Source of the DNA: an uncultured Methanosarcinales archaeon
GTDB taxonomy: Archaea; Nanobdellota; Nanobdellia; Woesearchaeales; JAGVZT01
Direction of reading: 5' to 3'
Length of the DNA stretch: 33,398 nucleotides
NCBI GenBank assembly: GCA_964419615.1
Contig: CAYQPU010000017.1
Coordinates: 1 to 33,398 of the forward strand
The notes below the pieces were generated by a model. That model was not told where the DNA came from, searched no databases, and saw nothing but the letters and a program-made list of their open reading frames with translations. The first letter of the stretch is position 1, and every line of letters starts with the position of its first letter. The position numbers were made by a program, and so were the translations under genes. This document shows positions 18,131 through 28,000 of this stretch, in pieces.

Positions 18131-18742
18131 TTATTCATGATAAGCTTCAAAAAAAGCCTTGAATTCAGGATCTTCTTTAATTACTGTATAAGCAAACATT
18201 GTAAATCTTAATCTTGCAGGATCTATTCCAATTCCATCATGTTCTTGTGAGTATCTTTTATGTAATGTATCAATAACTTTTTGGTTCACTTCAAAATCAA
18301 TTGATTTACGTTTCATGTGATCTTCTACTTTGAAATTAAAATCATTATATTCATTTGGTTCTTCACCTTTACAAAACACATACAACATTTCAGATAGTTC
18401 ACATAAACCATACAATACTTCTGTCATAGCAGAAGCTTTCTGATCAATTGATTCACTATTAATGGAATCTTCATAGGTTTTTATGTAAAGTTTTGCTTGT
18501 TCTATCTCCTCAAGAGAGGCATCTTCAGGTATAGTCATGCCTTCTGATACTTGAGCTCCTTTTTTTACCAAATTTCTAATGTTTTCGCATAAATAATCAA
18601 TAACATAATTAGCATCAGTAGTTGTGGGGATAAGGTCAGGTTCTAATGGAGGGAGAAAACCTTGCAATTCAAAGATATATTCAATTACTTGTTCTACCTC
18701 TGTTACATTTTCTCTTTCCCAAAAAGGTATTTGTTGTTTCAT
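18131..18742 (-). CDS. Hypothetical acidic helical cytoplasmic protein (203 aa)
   Basis: Long ORF 16 bp downstream of the 575-aa gene on the same strand; no motif recognised. Confidence 0.65.
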   Translation of the reverse strand: MKQQIPFWERENVTEVEQVIEYIFELQGFLPPLEPDLIPTTTDANYVIDYLCENIRNLVKKGAQVSEGMTIPEDASLEEIEQAKLYIKTYEDSINSESIDQKASAMTEVLYGLCELSEMLYVFCKGEEPNEYNDFNFKVEDHMKRKSIDFEVNQKVIDTLHKRYSQEHDGIGIDPARLRFTMFAYTVIKEDPEFKAFFEAYHE

Positions 18743-18758
18743 TTTTTTTTATTCTGTT

Positions 18759-20486
18759 TTATTGCTCCTGGCAAACTGAATGGCCAGGGAGATATGCTTC
18801 TTCTGCAGCAGAATTACAGCTCCATAGTGATTTATCATAGACTGAATCTGTCAGTTTTTGTGTGTCAATAATCAAATAAGCACCTGCTACTGTTGCAAAG
18901 CCCCATCCCGGTGGACCAGAAGCAGCTGCTCCTACCAATACAACACCAACAAGAGTCAGAGTTAAAATATTCTGTGTTCTACTATCAATTTTAAATACTG
19001 CCACATCTTGATTTGAAGTAGTAGCCATTTGTCTTACCATTTCATCTAAATCACTTTGATCTGTCTGTTGCATTCCTCTAGGAGCACTGGTTGGATCTAC
19101 TAAGTAAGCTATACGCCCAGCTGGATAAGACCATAGATTTGACATACTTGGATTTTGTGATATTTTTCCCATCATATCCATTGTGATTTCAGATGGTTCA
19201 TGAGATGGAAGTTCGACTATACTCTGCTGTTGAGTTTGTGCTGCTGCTTCTGCTTGTTCAGCTTCTTTTGCTGCAGCTACTCTATTTCGAATGATATCTC
19301 TTAGTCCGTCAGGTTTACATTTGTCGTCATGAAAACTTGGACCTGCAACTGCATAAGTATACCTTCCATCTTGAGGAGGATATTCAACACATTGATTATC
19401 AGGATCACAAAACTCCTCCAATAACTTTGATCCTCCAGATCTTGGCCCTCCATCATATATTGGTTCATGTAGATCAGTAGAATTATCTCTATGAGCCTTT
19501 TCTGAGACTAATGTTACATCAAATGAATTAGGCTCATGGTGAAGTGTAAGATCTGTAGTTTTTAGACCATCTGCAAACAGCTGGTCAAGTATTCCACCAT
19601 ATAAATAATAATTATTTGAATCACTCAGAAGAGATGTAATCACACTTTTTTGATTGCCATCATCGACCAGGTTACCATCATGGCATAATTTTATAAGATC
19701 TCCTTCAGTCATTTCATCAATTATATCCCATTGACCATATAATTTGGCATTACCCACAGTTCTAATGTATGGACTTGCATAATTTGGAGCGCCAGGATTA
19801 CGGACTACAAGATCAGTGGTGACTGCTGCTGCTGCAGCGGCTGCTACTGAATCTGATCCTTCATTACCAGTTGAAGGATTCCCACCTACAAATAAATCTG
19901 CCAATGTAATTGGTTCCTCTAAATAGGCTTCATCTTCACTATTGCATCCACTTGGTTTGCCGCCCTCACCAAATACAAGAGTATGATATTTACCTCCTGT
20001 TCTACGATTTAAGCAATTTATTGCTTTACCCTGACTGTAATTTTCCCAAAAATCTTCATCCGTAATACTTGAAAGAGGAGTTCCAGCTGCAGGCCAATTA
20101 GGATCTTCAGGTTCAGGATCAGACCAATCTCCAGTATTTGATGTACCAGCCGAAAATGAACTTGCTGAAGATGTATTAGTTACAACAGCAGTAGAACCTG
20201 TATTATCTGAAACTTCAACTTCAGCATCTGCCACTTGTTGATCTACACCACCAATCCATTCACAATCACTAAACCATTCATTATTTACAGGCTGTCTGTT
20301 ATCACCACATCTTTCATATCTCATATAGTGATCTAATCTGTCTCCAGTACTTGGACCAGCCATCTGACCATTTGGTGCGGCTGTATTTGGTGTGCCACAT
20401 GCCATCTGTGATGTCAAAAGTGTTAAGACAGCTGCAGAAAGTGAAAATATCCTTTGCCTTGGTGTAAATCGTGATTTATTATGCAT
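18759..20486 (-). CDS. Putative secreted lipoprotein (575 aa), Cys-rich, with a C-terminal hydrophobic hairpin
   Basis: Basic N-region, hydrophobic h-region and QMAC30 lipobox-like site; 10 further Cys; S/T/A-rich linkers; ILTLTLVGVVLVGAAASGPPGWGFATVAGAYLII near the C-terminus. Confidence 0.7.
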   Translation of the reverse strand: MHNKSRFTPRQRIFSLSAAVLTLLTSQMACGTPNTAAPNGQMAGPSTGDRLDHYMRYERCGDNRQPVNNEWFSDCEWIGGVDQQVADAEVEVSDNTGSTAVVTNTSSASSFSAGTSNTGDWSDPEPEDPNWPAAGTPLSSITDEDFWENYSQGKAINCLNRRTGGKYHTLVFGEGGKPSGCNSEDEAYLEEPITLADLFVGGNPSTGNEGSDSVAAAAAAAVTTDLVVRNPGAPNYASPYIRTVGNAKLYGQWDIIDEMTEGDLIKLCHDGNLVDDGNQKSVITSLLSDSNNYYLYGGILDQLFADGLKTTDLTLHHEPNSFDVTLVSEKAHRDNSTDLHEPIYDGGPRSGGSKLLEEFCDPDNQCVEYPPQDGRYTYAVAGPSFHDDKCKPDGLRDIIRNRVAAAKEAEQAEAAAQTQQQSIVELPSHEPSEITMDMMGKISQNPSMSNLWSYPAGRIAYLVDPTSAPRGMQQTDQSDLDEMVRQMATTSNQDVAVFKIDSRTQNILTLTLVGVVLVGAAASGPPGWGFATVAGAYLIIDTQKLTDSVYDKSLWSCNSAAEEAYLPGHSVCQEQ

Positions 20487-20504
20487 TATATATAGAAACT
20501 GAGA

Positions 20505-20520
20505 TTTATATATAAACTTT
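20505..20520 (-). promoter_or_regulatory. BRE-TATA promoter of the lipoprotein gene
   Basis: Minus strand AAAG-TTTATATATAAA; TATA 22 nt before ATG 20486. Confidence 0.6.
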
Positions 20521-20607
20521 ATGATATTTAACCATTAAAAAGTGGTTACCAATTCACCTGTTAAAAAAGTGAATAGATTTATTAAATATGGTGAATTTAT
20601 GTAAAAA

Positions 20608-21555
20608 ATGGTTCAATCCGATAATAATATTGAATTCAAGCCAAAATTCGTCCAAAGATACAAGGTTTTGCTTGGAGAGGATTTTGAATTTTTCAAAGAA
20701 TTCTCATTAAAATATCTTAGAAGAGCAGTCAGAATCAATACTTTGAAAGTAAGTCCAAAACAAGTTAAAGAAAACTTATCAATAAAGGGTTGGAGTTTTG
20801 AATCTGTTCCTTGGTGCAAAGAAGGATTTTGGATTAATCATAAAGAAGGAAGAAGAGATATTGGAAATACTAAAGAGCATGCCTTAGGTTATATTTATGT
20901 TCAATCAGCTGCTTCAATGATACCTCCAATTGTACTTGATCCAAAACCTGGTGAGATTGTTCTTGATATGTGTTCTTCACCTGGATCAAAATCAACTCAG
21001 ATTGCTCAGTACATGGATAATAAAGGTTTGTTAGTGTGTAATGATGTTTCTGCTAAAAGATTGGCACCGTTAACACTTAATCTTCAAAGGTGCAGTGTGC
21101 TTAACTCAGTTGTTACCAAAATGGATGGAAATAGATTTAAAAGATTTGAAGAGATATTTGACAAAGTCCTCGTAGATGCACCTTGTTCAGGGGTTGGAAG
21201 CGTAAGAAAATCATATAAAACATTGGAGATGTGGAATCCAAAGATGGTTAAAAGATTATCAGGTACTCAAAAACAATTAATCAAAAGTGGTTTTAGTGCT
21301 CTAAAACCAGGTGGGACTTTGGTTTATTCTACATGCACATTAGAACCAGAAGAAAATGAGGGAGTGATTGATTACCTTTTAAGACGCAAAGATAATGCAA
21401 AAGTTGAAGAGATTAAACTTAACATTAAGAGGAGCAAACCAATTCTTGAGTTTGAGGGTGAACAAAATAGTGAGCAAATAGAAAAATCTCTAAGGATCTG
21501 GCCCCAGGATAACGACACAGAGGGTTTCTTTGTTTGTAAAATTAAAAAGAACTAA
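20608..21555 (+). CDS. RNA cytosine-C5 methyltransferase, RsmB/RsmF/NOL1/NOP2 family
   Basis: YVQSAASMIP, DMCSSPGSKSTQ, DAPCSG and YSTCTLEPEENE with both catalytic Cys. Confidence 0.95.
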   Translation: MVQSDNNIEFKPKFVQRYKVLLGEDFEFFKEFSLKYLRRAVRINTLKVSPKQVKENLSIKGWSFESVPWCKEGFWINHKEGRRDIGNTKEHALGYIYVQSAASMIPPIVLDPKPGEIVLDMCSSPGSKSTQIAQYMDNKGLLVCNDVSAKRLAPLTLNLQRCSVLNSVVTKMDGNRFKRFEEIFDKVLVDAPCSGVGSVRKSYKTLEMWNPKMVKRLSGTQKQLIKSGFSALKPGGTLVYSTCTLEPEENEGVIDYLLRRKDNAKVEEIKLNIKRSKPILEFEGEQNSEQIEKSLRIWPQDNDTEGFFVCKIKKN

Positions 21556-22266
21556 TCATTTCCAAGGTTTTTCTAAGTTAAGAATTGCTCTGATTTCATC
21601 TGAAGATACAGCACAACCATTTAGTTTTGCTCCCCATAAGACTGATTCAAGTAGTGTTCTTTTTGGGTTTTTCATTATGTTTTCTTGGAATTTACTTATG
21701 TATAAATCAAGTAGACCAATTTCGTAGGCAATTGTTAACAACTCAACACTTCTTAAGACTTTGATATTTTTCCAATATTTTTCAAGTTCTTTTATTTTGT
21801 CATGTTCTATTTTAACACTTGTGTGTAATTTCCTTCTCATATACTTTGCCAACTGCTCTGGCTGTTCAATTAGATATCTTGTTGTTCGCTCATCTGTAAC
21901 TAGTGCTGGAGATCGTAAATGGTTTGCCAGAGCAATAGCCTCAATTTCTCCTCTATGAACTATTTTCACATATTGACCTTTGGCCTTTAAACAGTTGTTA
22001 GCTAGGTATAAGATCTCATCTGTTGTATCCTTAATATCATCTTTATTATAAATTTTTAACACACCACTACTAATGTGTTTCATCACTTGAATTGCTTCAA
22101 ACTTAAACCTCTTTGTTTTTAGTGGCTTGTCAATTAGTTCTCTTTTTACTTCCCATGGGATATAGAATTCACCATTAAATCTTTGTTTTAATGGATCTAA
22201 TACCCACAAAAGATTATTAAGTGCAAATGTGATAATTGGACCAGAGTCAAAAACAAGTGATTTCAT
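21556..22266 (-). CDS. PIN-domain protein, DUF3368/COG2405-like, with an internal insertion
   Basis: LVFDSGPII, HRGEIEAIALA, LVTDERTTR and VLRSVELLTIAYEIGLL match the DUF3368 layout. Confidence 0.72.
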   Translation of the reverse strand: MKSLVFDSGPIITFALNNLLWVLDPLKQRFNGEFYIPWEVKRELIDKPLKTKRFKFEAIQVMKHISSGVLKIYNKDDIKDTTDEILYLANNCLKAKGQYVKIVHRGEIEAIALANHLRSPALVTDERTTRYLIEQPEQLAKYMRRKLHTSVKIEHDKIKELEKYWKNIKVLRSVELLTIAYEIGLLDLYISKFQENIMKNPKRTLLESVLWGAKLNGCAVSSDEIRAILNLEKPWK

Positions 22267-22799
22267 TCAAACAAACCTCTTGTAAATTTTATTTTTTTAA
22301 CAATATTTGTTGACTGCCCGTGATCTGAGATTTGAGTTTTTCCTACATAGTTCATCAGTTCCCACTGAGATATACCTAGTACATTTGCTGCCTGACCTAA
22401 AGAGATACCATGATCATATAGTTTTGTCCCTTTTTTAATTTCAGCTTGTCTAATAACTTCTTCAATGTACATTTTTAGCTTAATATCTGACTTAGAAATT
22501 AGTTCTAACATTTTTTTACTTATTGCTTTATACGAAGAAATATCATTCTTTTGAAGAAAACCAATTCCCTGCTCAAATAATTTTATGTATCTTGATCCGT
22601 CTAATTGTCCTCTTTCTAAAACCTTTGATAAAGAGTACATAATAACTGCATTTGATACAGAATACTCATCTTGAAAAATGCTTGCATTATGAATTGTATG
22701 ATTGCTAAGTTCCTTTAATTCAAAGTACTCTTTTCTTTTTAAAATCTCAATTGCATTCTTAGCTGCACTTATAAGATCTGTTTTTACTGATTCGTTCAT
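22263..22799 (-). CDS. UPF0175/COG2886-like HTH protein with a long N-terminal extension; putative antitoxin
   Basis: C-terminal LYDHGISLGQAANVLGISQWELMNYV HTH; ATGA overlap with the downstream PIN gene. Confidence 0.65.
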   Translation of the reverse strand: MNESVKTDLISAAKNAIEILKRKEYFELKELSNHTIHNASIFQDEYSVSNAVIMYSLSKVLERGQLDGSRYIKLFEQGIGFLQKNDISSYKAISKKMLELISKSDIKLKMYIEEVIRQAEIKKGTKLYDHGISLGQAANVLGISQWELMNYVGKTQISDHGQSTNIVKKIKFTRGLFE

Positions 22800-22821
22800 G
22801 TATTTGAATTTAATTTGAGTT

Positions 22822-22836
22822 TTTATAAATCTTTCC
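22822..22836 (-). promoter_or_regulatory. BRE-TATA promoter of the UPF0175/PIN pair
   Basis: Minus strand GGAAAGA-TTTATAAA, about 22 nt before ATG 22799. Confidence 0.6.
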
Positions 22837-22877
22837 TCAGTTGTAAAAATAATTTAAACTGATTATTTGAGACAAAC

Positions 22878-22893
22878 GAAAGGTTTTTATATA
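22878..22893 (+). promoter_or_regulatory. BRE-TATA promoter of arvABC
   Basis: GAAAGG-TTTTTATATA, 35 nt before ATG 22929. Confidence 0.55.
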
Positions 22894-22928
22894 TTAATGC
22901 AATCCAAAATATAGTAAAAAGAGACAAG

Positions 22929-23561
22929 ATGGCTAACTGGTTACAAAAAATTATTAATAAATTGTTTAGAAATCTCTTCAAAAAGAAGGGTCATGTAAAA
23001 CTTGGCTTATATGGTCCACCAAATGGTGGAAAAACAACCTTAGCAAACCGAATTTGTAAAGATTGGCTTGGTGAAGAGATGGGTTCAGTTTCTAATATTG
23101 CTCATGAGACTAGAGAAATCCAGATTAAGGAGGAGATTCATATAAAATCTGATGGAAAAGAATTGAGTTTTAACCTTGTAGATACTCCTGGAATTGCTAC
23201 AAAGATAGATTATGAAGAATTTATTAAAGCAGGAATGAAGGAAACAAAGGCAAAGAAGAGAGCAAAAGAAGCAACAAAAGGGGTTATTGACGCTATTAAA
23301 TGGCTTGATGAAATGGATGTTGTGATTGTTGTTTTAGATTCAACAAAAAACCCATACAGTCAGGTTAATATAACTATGATTGGTAACCTTGAAGCAAGAA
23401 AAATTCCAGTATTACTTGTTGCAAATAAAATTGACCTTAAAAAATCTAAGATTAGGAAAATTGAAGCGGCATTTCCTCAATATGATGTTGTTGGAATAAG
23501 CGCTAAATATGGGGATAATATTGATGACTTTTACAAAGCATTATTTAAATTGGCGGGCTGA
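22929..23561 (+). CDS. arvA: Archaeal small GTPase OapA/ArvA (Era-like)
   Basis: G1 GPPNGGKTT, G3 DTPG, G4 NKID, G5 SAK; directly followed by DUF2073- and DUF2072-like genes. Confidence 0.85.
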   Translation: MANWLQKIINKLFRNLFKKKGHVKLGLYGPPNGGKTTLANRICKDWLGEEMGSVSNIAHETREIQIKEEIHIKSDGKELSFNLVDTPGIATKIDYEEFIKAGMKETKAKKRAKEATKGVIDAIKWLDEMDVVIVVLDSTKNPYSQVNITMIGNLEARKIPVLLVANKIDLKKSKIRKIEAAFPQYDVVGISAKYGDNIDDFYKALFKLAG

Positions 23562-23563
23562 AA

Positions 23564-23950
23564 ATGTTAACACTACACTTTGTACCACATTACGAAATTG
23601 AATCTTTGGATTCAAAAAAGAGAATTAAAAAGCTTTTAAGACTAGCAAAGCAAAACAAGATTGTTGTACTTGAAGGTCGGTTGAAAAAAGAAGAAGAGAC
23701 TGAACTAATCAAGCAAACAATGGAAGAGATCAATACAAAGTTTAAAGGTATTGAGCTAGCTGTTATTTATCCAGAAGTTAGTTCGGATAATATTGTTAAA
23801 AGAGCAAAGAACGAAGTGATTAATTTTCTGCTTAAAGATAGACAAGGTATGACAATAATTGGACCGGCCACTATTGTTAAGAAAATTAAAAAAGATCCAA
23901 ACAAAATTACCTTGCTTACAAAAGAACAAAGAAAAAAGAGAAGTAGGTAA
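23564..23950 (+). CDS. arvB: DUF2073 family protein (OapB/ArvB)
   Basis: KIVVLEGRLKKEEETELIKQTM..I...FKGIEL and GMTIIGPATIV pattern; middle gene of the triad. Confidence 0.82.
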   Translation: MLTLHFVPHYEIESLDSKKRIKKLLRLAKQNKIVVLEGRLKKEEETELIKQTMEEINTKFKGIELAVIYPEVSSDNIVKRAKNEVINFLLKDRQGMTIIGPATIVKKIKKDPNKITLLTKEQRKKRSR

Positions 23951-23953
23951 ACA

Positions 23954-24343
23954 ATGCCACACCAATGTGTTAGATGCAATACAATTTATGATGATACTGC
24001 TCAAGAGATTCTAAAGGGATGTAGTTGTGGAGGTAAGCTTTTTTTCTATATTAAGAAGAAAAGATTGGAAGAATTAAAAGAAACAACTGTTAAACTTACT
24101 AACAAAGATAAGAAACAAATTGAGAAGGATATACTTGAGCTTGTTGGTAAGGAAAGAATTGAAGAGGACCAACCAGTTATTCTTGATTTTGAATCTATTA
24201 GAATATTAAAACCTGGACAGTATGAGCTTGATCTTGTGCACTTGTTTAAAAAACAACCTCTTGTATACAAACTTGAAGAAGGAAAGTATATTATTGATTT
24301 ACCTGTGACTTTTGGACAGGAAAAAGAACGGGTAGATGATTGA
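23954..24343 (+). CDS. arvC: DUF2072 Zn-ribbon protein (OapC/ArvC)
   Basis: MPHQCVRC...ILKGCSCGGKLFFY, ESIRILKPGQYELDL, GKYIIDL. Confidence 0.87.
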   Translation: MPHQCVRCNTIYDDTAQEILKGCSCGGKLFFYIKKKRLEELKETTVKLTNKDKKQIEKDILELVGKERIEEDQPVILDFESIRILKPGQYELDLVHLFKKQPLVYKLEEGKYIIDLPVTFGQEKERVDD

Positions 24344-24411
24344 CAGTTTTACGGAAAGATTCCGGAGATTTCTACATAACCAATAATAACATAGGAATTA
24401 ATGGTTAATTT

Positions 24412-25095
24412 ATGAATTTTAAAGTCAAAGATTGGCCGAATAATGAAAGGCCCAGAGAAAGACTCATTAAGCAAGGTTCAGAGGCACTAAGTGAATCAGA
24501 ACTATTGGCAATTATTTTAAGAACTGGTTCTGCTAACCAGAATGTTGTTGATCTTTCAAAAAGTATTTTAAAAAAGTATGATCTAAGGGATTTATCAGTG
24601 GCCACATATGCAGAGATAAATAAATTTAATGGAGTAAGTAAAGCAAAAGCTTGCCAGTTAATGGCTTGTTTTGAGATTGGTAAGAGACTGGCATCTGTGT
24701 CCAACGTAAAAAAAACTTATATTGAATCTAGTGATGATATTGCTTCAGTATTATTTCCTGAATTAAGATTTATTAAAAAAGAGAAGTTTATTGGAGTTTA
24801 TTTGGATTCAAGAAATTCATTAATAAAAATGGAAACAATTTCTGTGGGTAATCTAAATTCATCTATTATCCACCCAAGAGAGCTTTTTAAAGTTGCTATT
24901 CAATTAAGTGCTAATTCAGTTATTATTGCACATAATCACCCAAGTGGTGATCCAACCCCAAGTAAAGAGGATATTTACATTACAAAGAAAATCATAAGCG
25001 CCGGAAGGGTGATAGGAATTCCAGTATTAGATCATATTATTGTTGGTGAAGATGAGTATATAAGTATGGCTGAGCAAAATGTAGTTAGATTTTAA
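24412..25095 (+). CDS. radC: RadC/UPF0758 JAB-domain protein
   Basis: [48 protein letters not shown] motif, LDHIIVG. Confidence 0.95.
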   Translation: MNFKVKDWPNNERPRERLIKQGSEALSESELLAIILRTGSANQNVVDLSKSILKKYDLRDLSVATYAEINKFNGVSKAKACQLMACFEIGKRLASVSNVKKTYIESSDDIASVLFPELRFIKKEKFIGVYLDSRNSLIKMETISVGNLNSSIIHPRELFKVAIQLSANSVIIAHNHPSGDPTPSKEDIYITKKIISAGRVIGIPVLDHIIVGEDEYISMAEQNVVRF

Positions 25096-28000
25096 TCAAC
25101 AATCCTTGCAGCATTAACTACTTTATCTCCAGAATTCAATCTCATTAATCTTACTCCCTGAGTGTTTCTTCCAATTTGTGAGATACCTTTTGCCGGAACC
25201 CTAATTAATATTCCTTGTCTGCTTACAAATATGATTTCATCTGAGTCATTAACTGATTTGATGTCAGCAACATTCCCATTTCTTTGACTGCATTTGATAT
25301 TGATAACTCCTTTGCCGCCTCTTCGAATTAGTCTATAACTTGAGATTTTTGTTCTTTTGCCAAAACCATTTTCAGTTATTGTTAATAAGCTTTTTTCTTC
25401 ATCACTAATTACCATACCTACAACATAATCATTTTTCCCTAATCTTATTCCCCTAACACCTCGGGTAGCTCTACCAGTAGGTCTTACATCTGTCTCCTCA
25501 AATCTTACTGCCTGACCTTTTGCAGTTGCAATTAACAATTGCTGTTTTCCATCTGTCATCACTACATCAACTAATCTGTTATCTTCTTCAAGCTTAATAG
25601 CTATGATTCCTCCTTTTCTTGGATTTGAGTATTCACTAAGTTTTGTTTTGTTGATTATTCCATTTTTTGTGACCATAACTAAATTATTTTGTTCTGAAAA
25701 GTTTCTTATTGGGATCATAGCTGTTATTTGTTCATCTTGTGAAAGCCTTAATAGATTCACAATAGCTTTTCCTTTTGCCTGTCTTGATGCATGAGGGAGC
25801 TGGTATACTTTAATCCAAAATACTTTTCCTTTGTCTGTGAAAAATAAGATGTATGAATGGGTACTTGATGTGAAAATGTGTTCTACAAAATCTTCTTCCT
25901 TTGTTGACGTAGTTCTAATTCCCTTGCCTCCTCTATGCTGCATTTTGTATAGCTGAGGCTGTGTTCTTTTAATGTACCCAGAATTTGTTATTGTGATGAC
26001 CATTTGCTCTTCTTTGATTATGTCTTCATCAAGGATCTCTTCTTCTTCCTCAATTAATTCGGTTCTTCTTTCATCACCAAAATCTTGTTTTATTTGGGTT
26101 ATTTCTTCTTTGATTATGTCCAAAACCTTTTGTTCTGAATCAAGAATAGATTTGAACTCCTTAATCTTTTTAGTTAACTCCTCATTTTCATCTTTTAGCT
26201 TATCGATTTCAAGAGCTGTAAGTTTTTGTAGTCTCATATTAAGGATTGCTTCAGTTTGTTTTTGGCTTAGTTCAAATTCTTTTTGCAATCCTTGCATTGC
26301 TTGGGCAGCATTACTTGAGTTTCGAATCAACTTTATTACAGGATCTATATTTTTTAATGCAATTAAAAGGCCTTTTACAATGTGTATTCTTGCCTGGGCT
26401 TTTTTCAAATCAAATTGCGTTCTTTTGGTTACAATCTCTTTTCTATGATCAATATAATTAGAGATGAATTGTTTTAAATTGAGTCTTTTTGGTACATTGT
26501 TTACCAATGCAAGCAGGTTTGCCCCAAAAGTTGTTTGTAATCTAGTATGTTTGTAAAGCTGGTTTAATACAACATCTTTATTTGCATCTTTTTTCAGGAT
26601 GATTACAATTCTCATTCCTGTTCTATCTGATTCATCTCTAAGATCTGCAATACCCTTTATTCTGTCTGTTTTTACACAATCTGCAATCTGTTCTATTAAT
26701 CTAGATTTATTTACCATGTAAGGAATTTCAGTTATAATTATGGCAGGTTTTCCTTTAATTTCTTCAGACTTGGAGCGAGCTCTAACTTTAATCTGCCCTT
26801 TTCCTTTTTTATATGCTTCAATTATCCCTTTTGTTCCAACAATGATTCCTGCAGTTGGAAAATCAGGCCCAACAATTATTTGATTTAATTCATCAATTGT
26901 TATTTGGGGATTATCTACTTGTGCAATAATTGCATCTGAAACTTCTGATAAGTTGTGAGGAGGTATGTTTGTGGCCATCCCTACTGCGATTCCAGAAGAA
27001 CCGTTAATAAGCAAGTTTGGTAGTTTTGCAGGTAATACAGTTGGTTCTTTTAAGGAGTTATCAAAGTTTTCAACAAAGTCAACTGTTTCCTTTTCAATAT
27101 CTTCTAGAACAGCATCAGAAATTTTTTGAAGTTTTGCCTCAGTATTGTGATTAATAAATCCACTAGCAATAAAGGAATGACAACGACTGTCTACTTTTAC
27201 AGAATAAACTTTCTTCTTTTTACCAAGTTTTTTTGTGAACTTAACCTTTGAAAAAAGGTATCTTATTTTTAGAAGATCTTTTAGCAAAATAGCATCTTTT
27301 TTATCAACAATTTCCAACAATTCTCCAATATTTTTTTCTAAGTTATTGTATCTATCAAAATTAAACCGACTTATCTTATGTAATTTGTACTTCTTTCTTA
27401 TATATTCTGAAATAAAAGGAATAAGATCAGTCTTGCTCATTCTATTAGGATTTATAGAATCAATTTTTCCTAAGATACTAATTTTTCGTGGAGAAAAGAA
27501 ATTGATATTATCTTTAAAAGCTTTAATTGAAGCATGTCCTGATATAATTAGTTTATAACAACCGTTTCTTTTATCCTTATAAGGAGATGTTGTTACAATT
27601 CCAAAGTTCAGAAGCAAGATCTTTAATTGACTGATCAGTTTTTTGCTTTTAGAGTTATATGTTAATTCAATACTTTTCCCAAAATGCCTCTTGTCAATCT
27701 TATATTTAACAGAACCATCTCCTTCAAATAATCCTTTTAAGAACTCAGCAATTATTTTTTTTGTTGATTGTAGAACAGAAAATGGAATCTCTTTTTTGTC
27801 AGACTTTGCCTCTCTTAAACCAATATTTTTTAAGAAGTTGACAACATGTTGATGATATATCTCAAGTTCAAGACAATTACCTGCAATTTTTCTTTCATAT
27901 ATTTGTATTCCTTTAAATTGATCATAAATAATATTCTTTATTTTGTTATAATAGTGCATATCAGAATTACAAAATATAATTTTTTTCTGATGAAATGAAC

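Noticed and set aside
19822-19846. GCT/GCA-rich microsatellite-like tract
   Set aside because: It is a short poly-Ala linker with mixed codons inside the lipoprotein, not an independent repeat element.
18759-20486. Naming the lipoprotein as a fusexin/HAP2 or S-layer protein
   Set aside because: No family motif is recognisable by eye; only the architecture is supported, so it is left unnamed pending a structure search.
22800-22928. Replication origin next to oap/arvABC, as in haloarchaea
   Set aside because: I see no ORB-like repeats or G-string and no cdc6/orc1 nearby. The 129-bp gap is explained by two divergent promoters.
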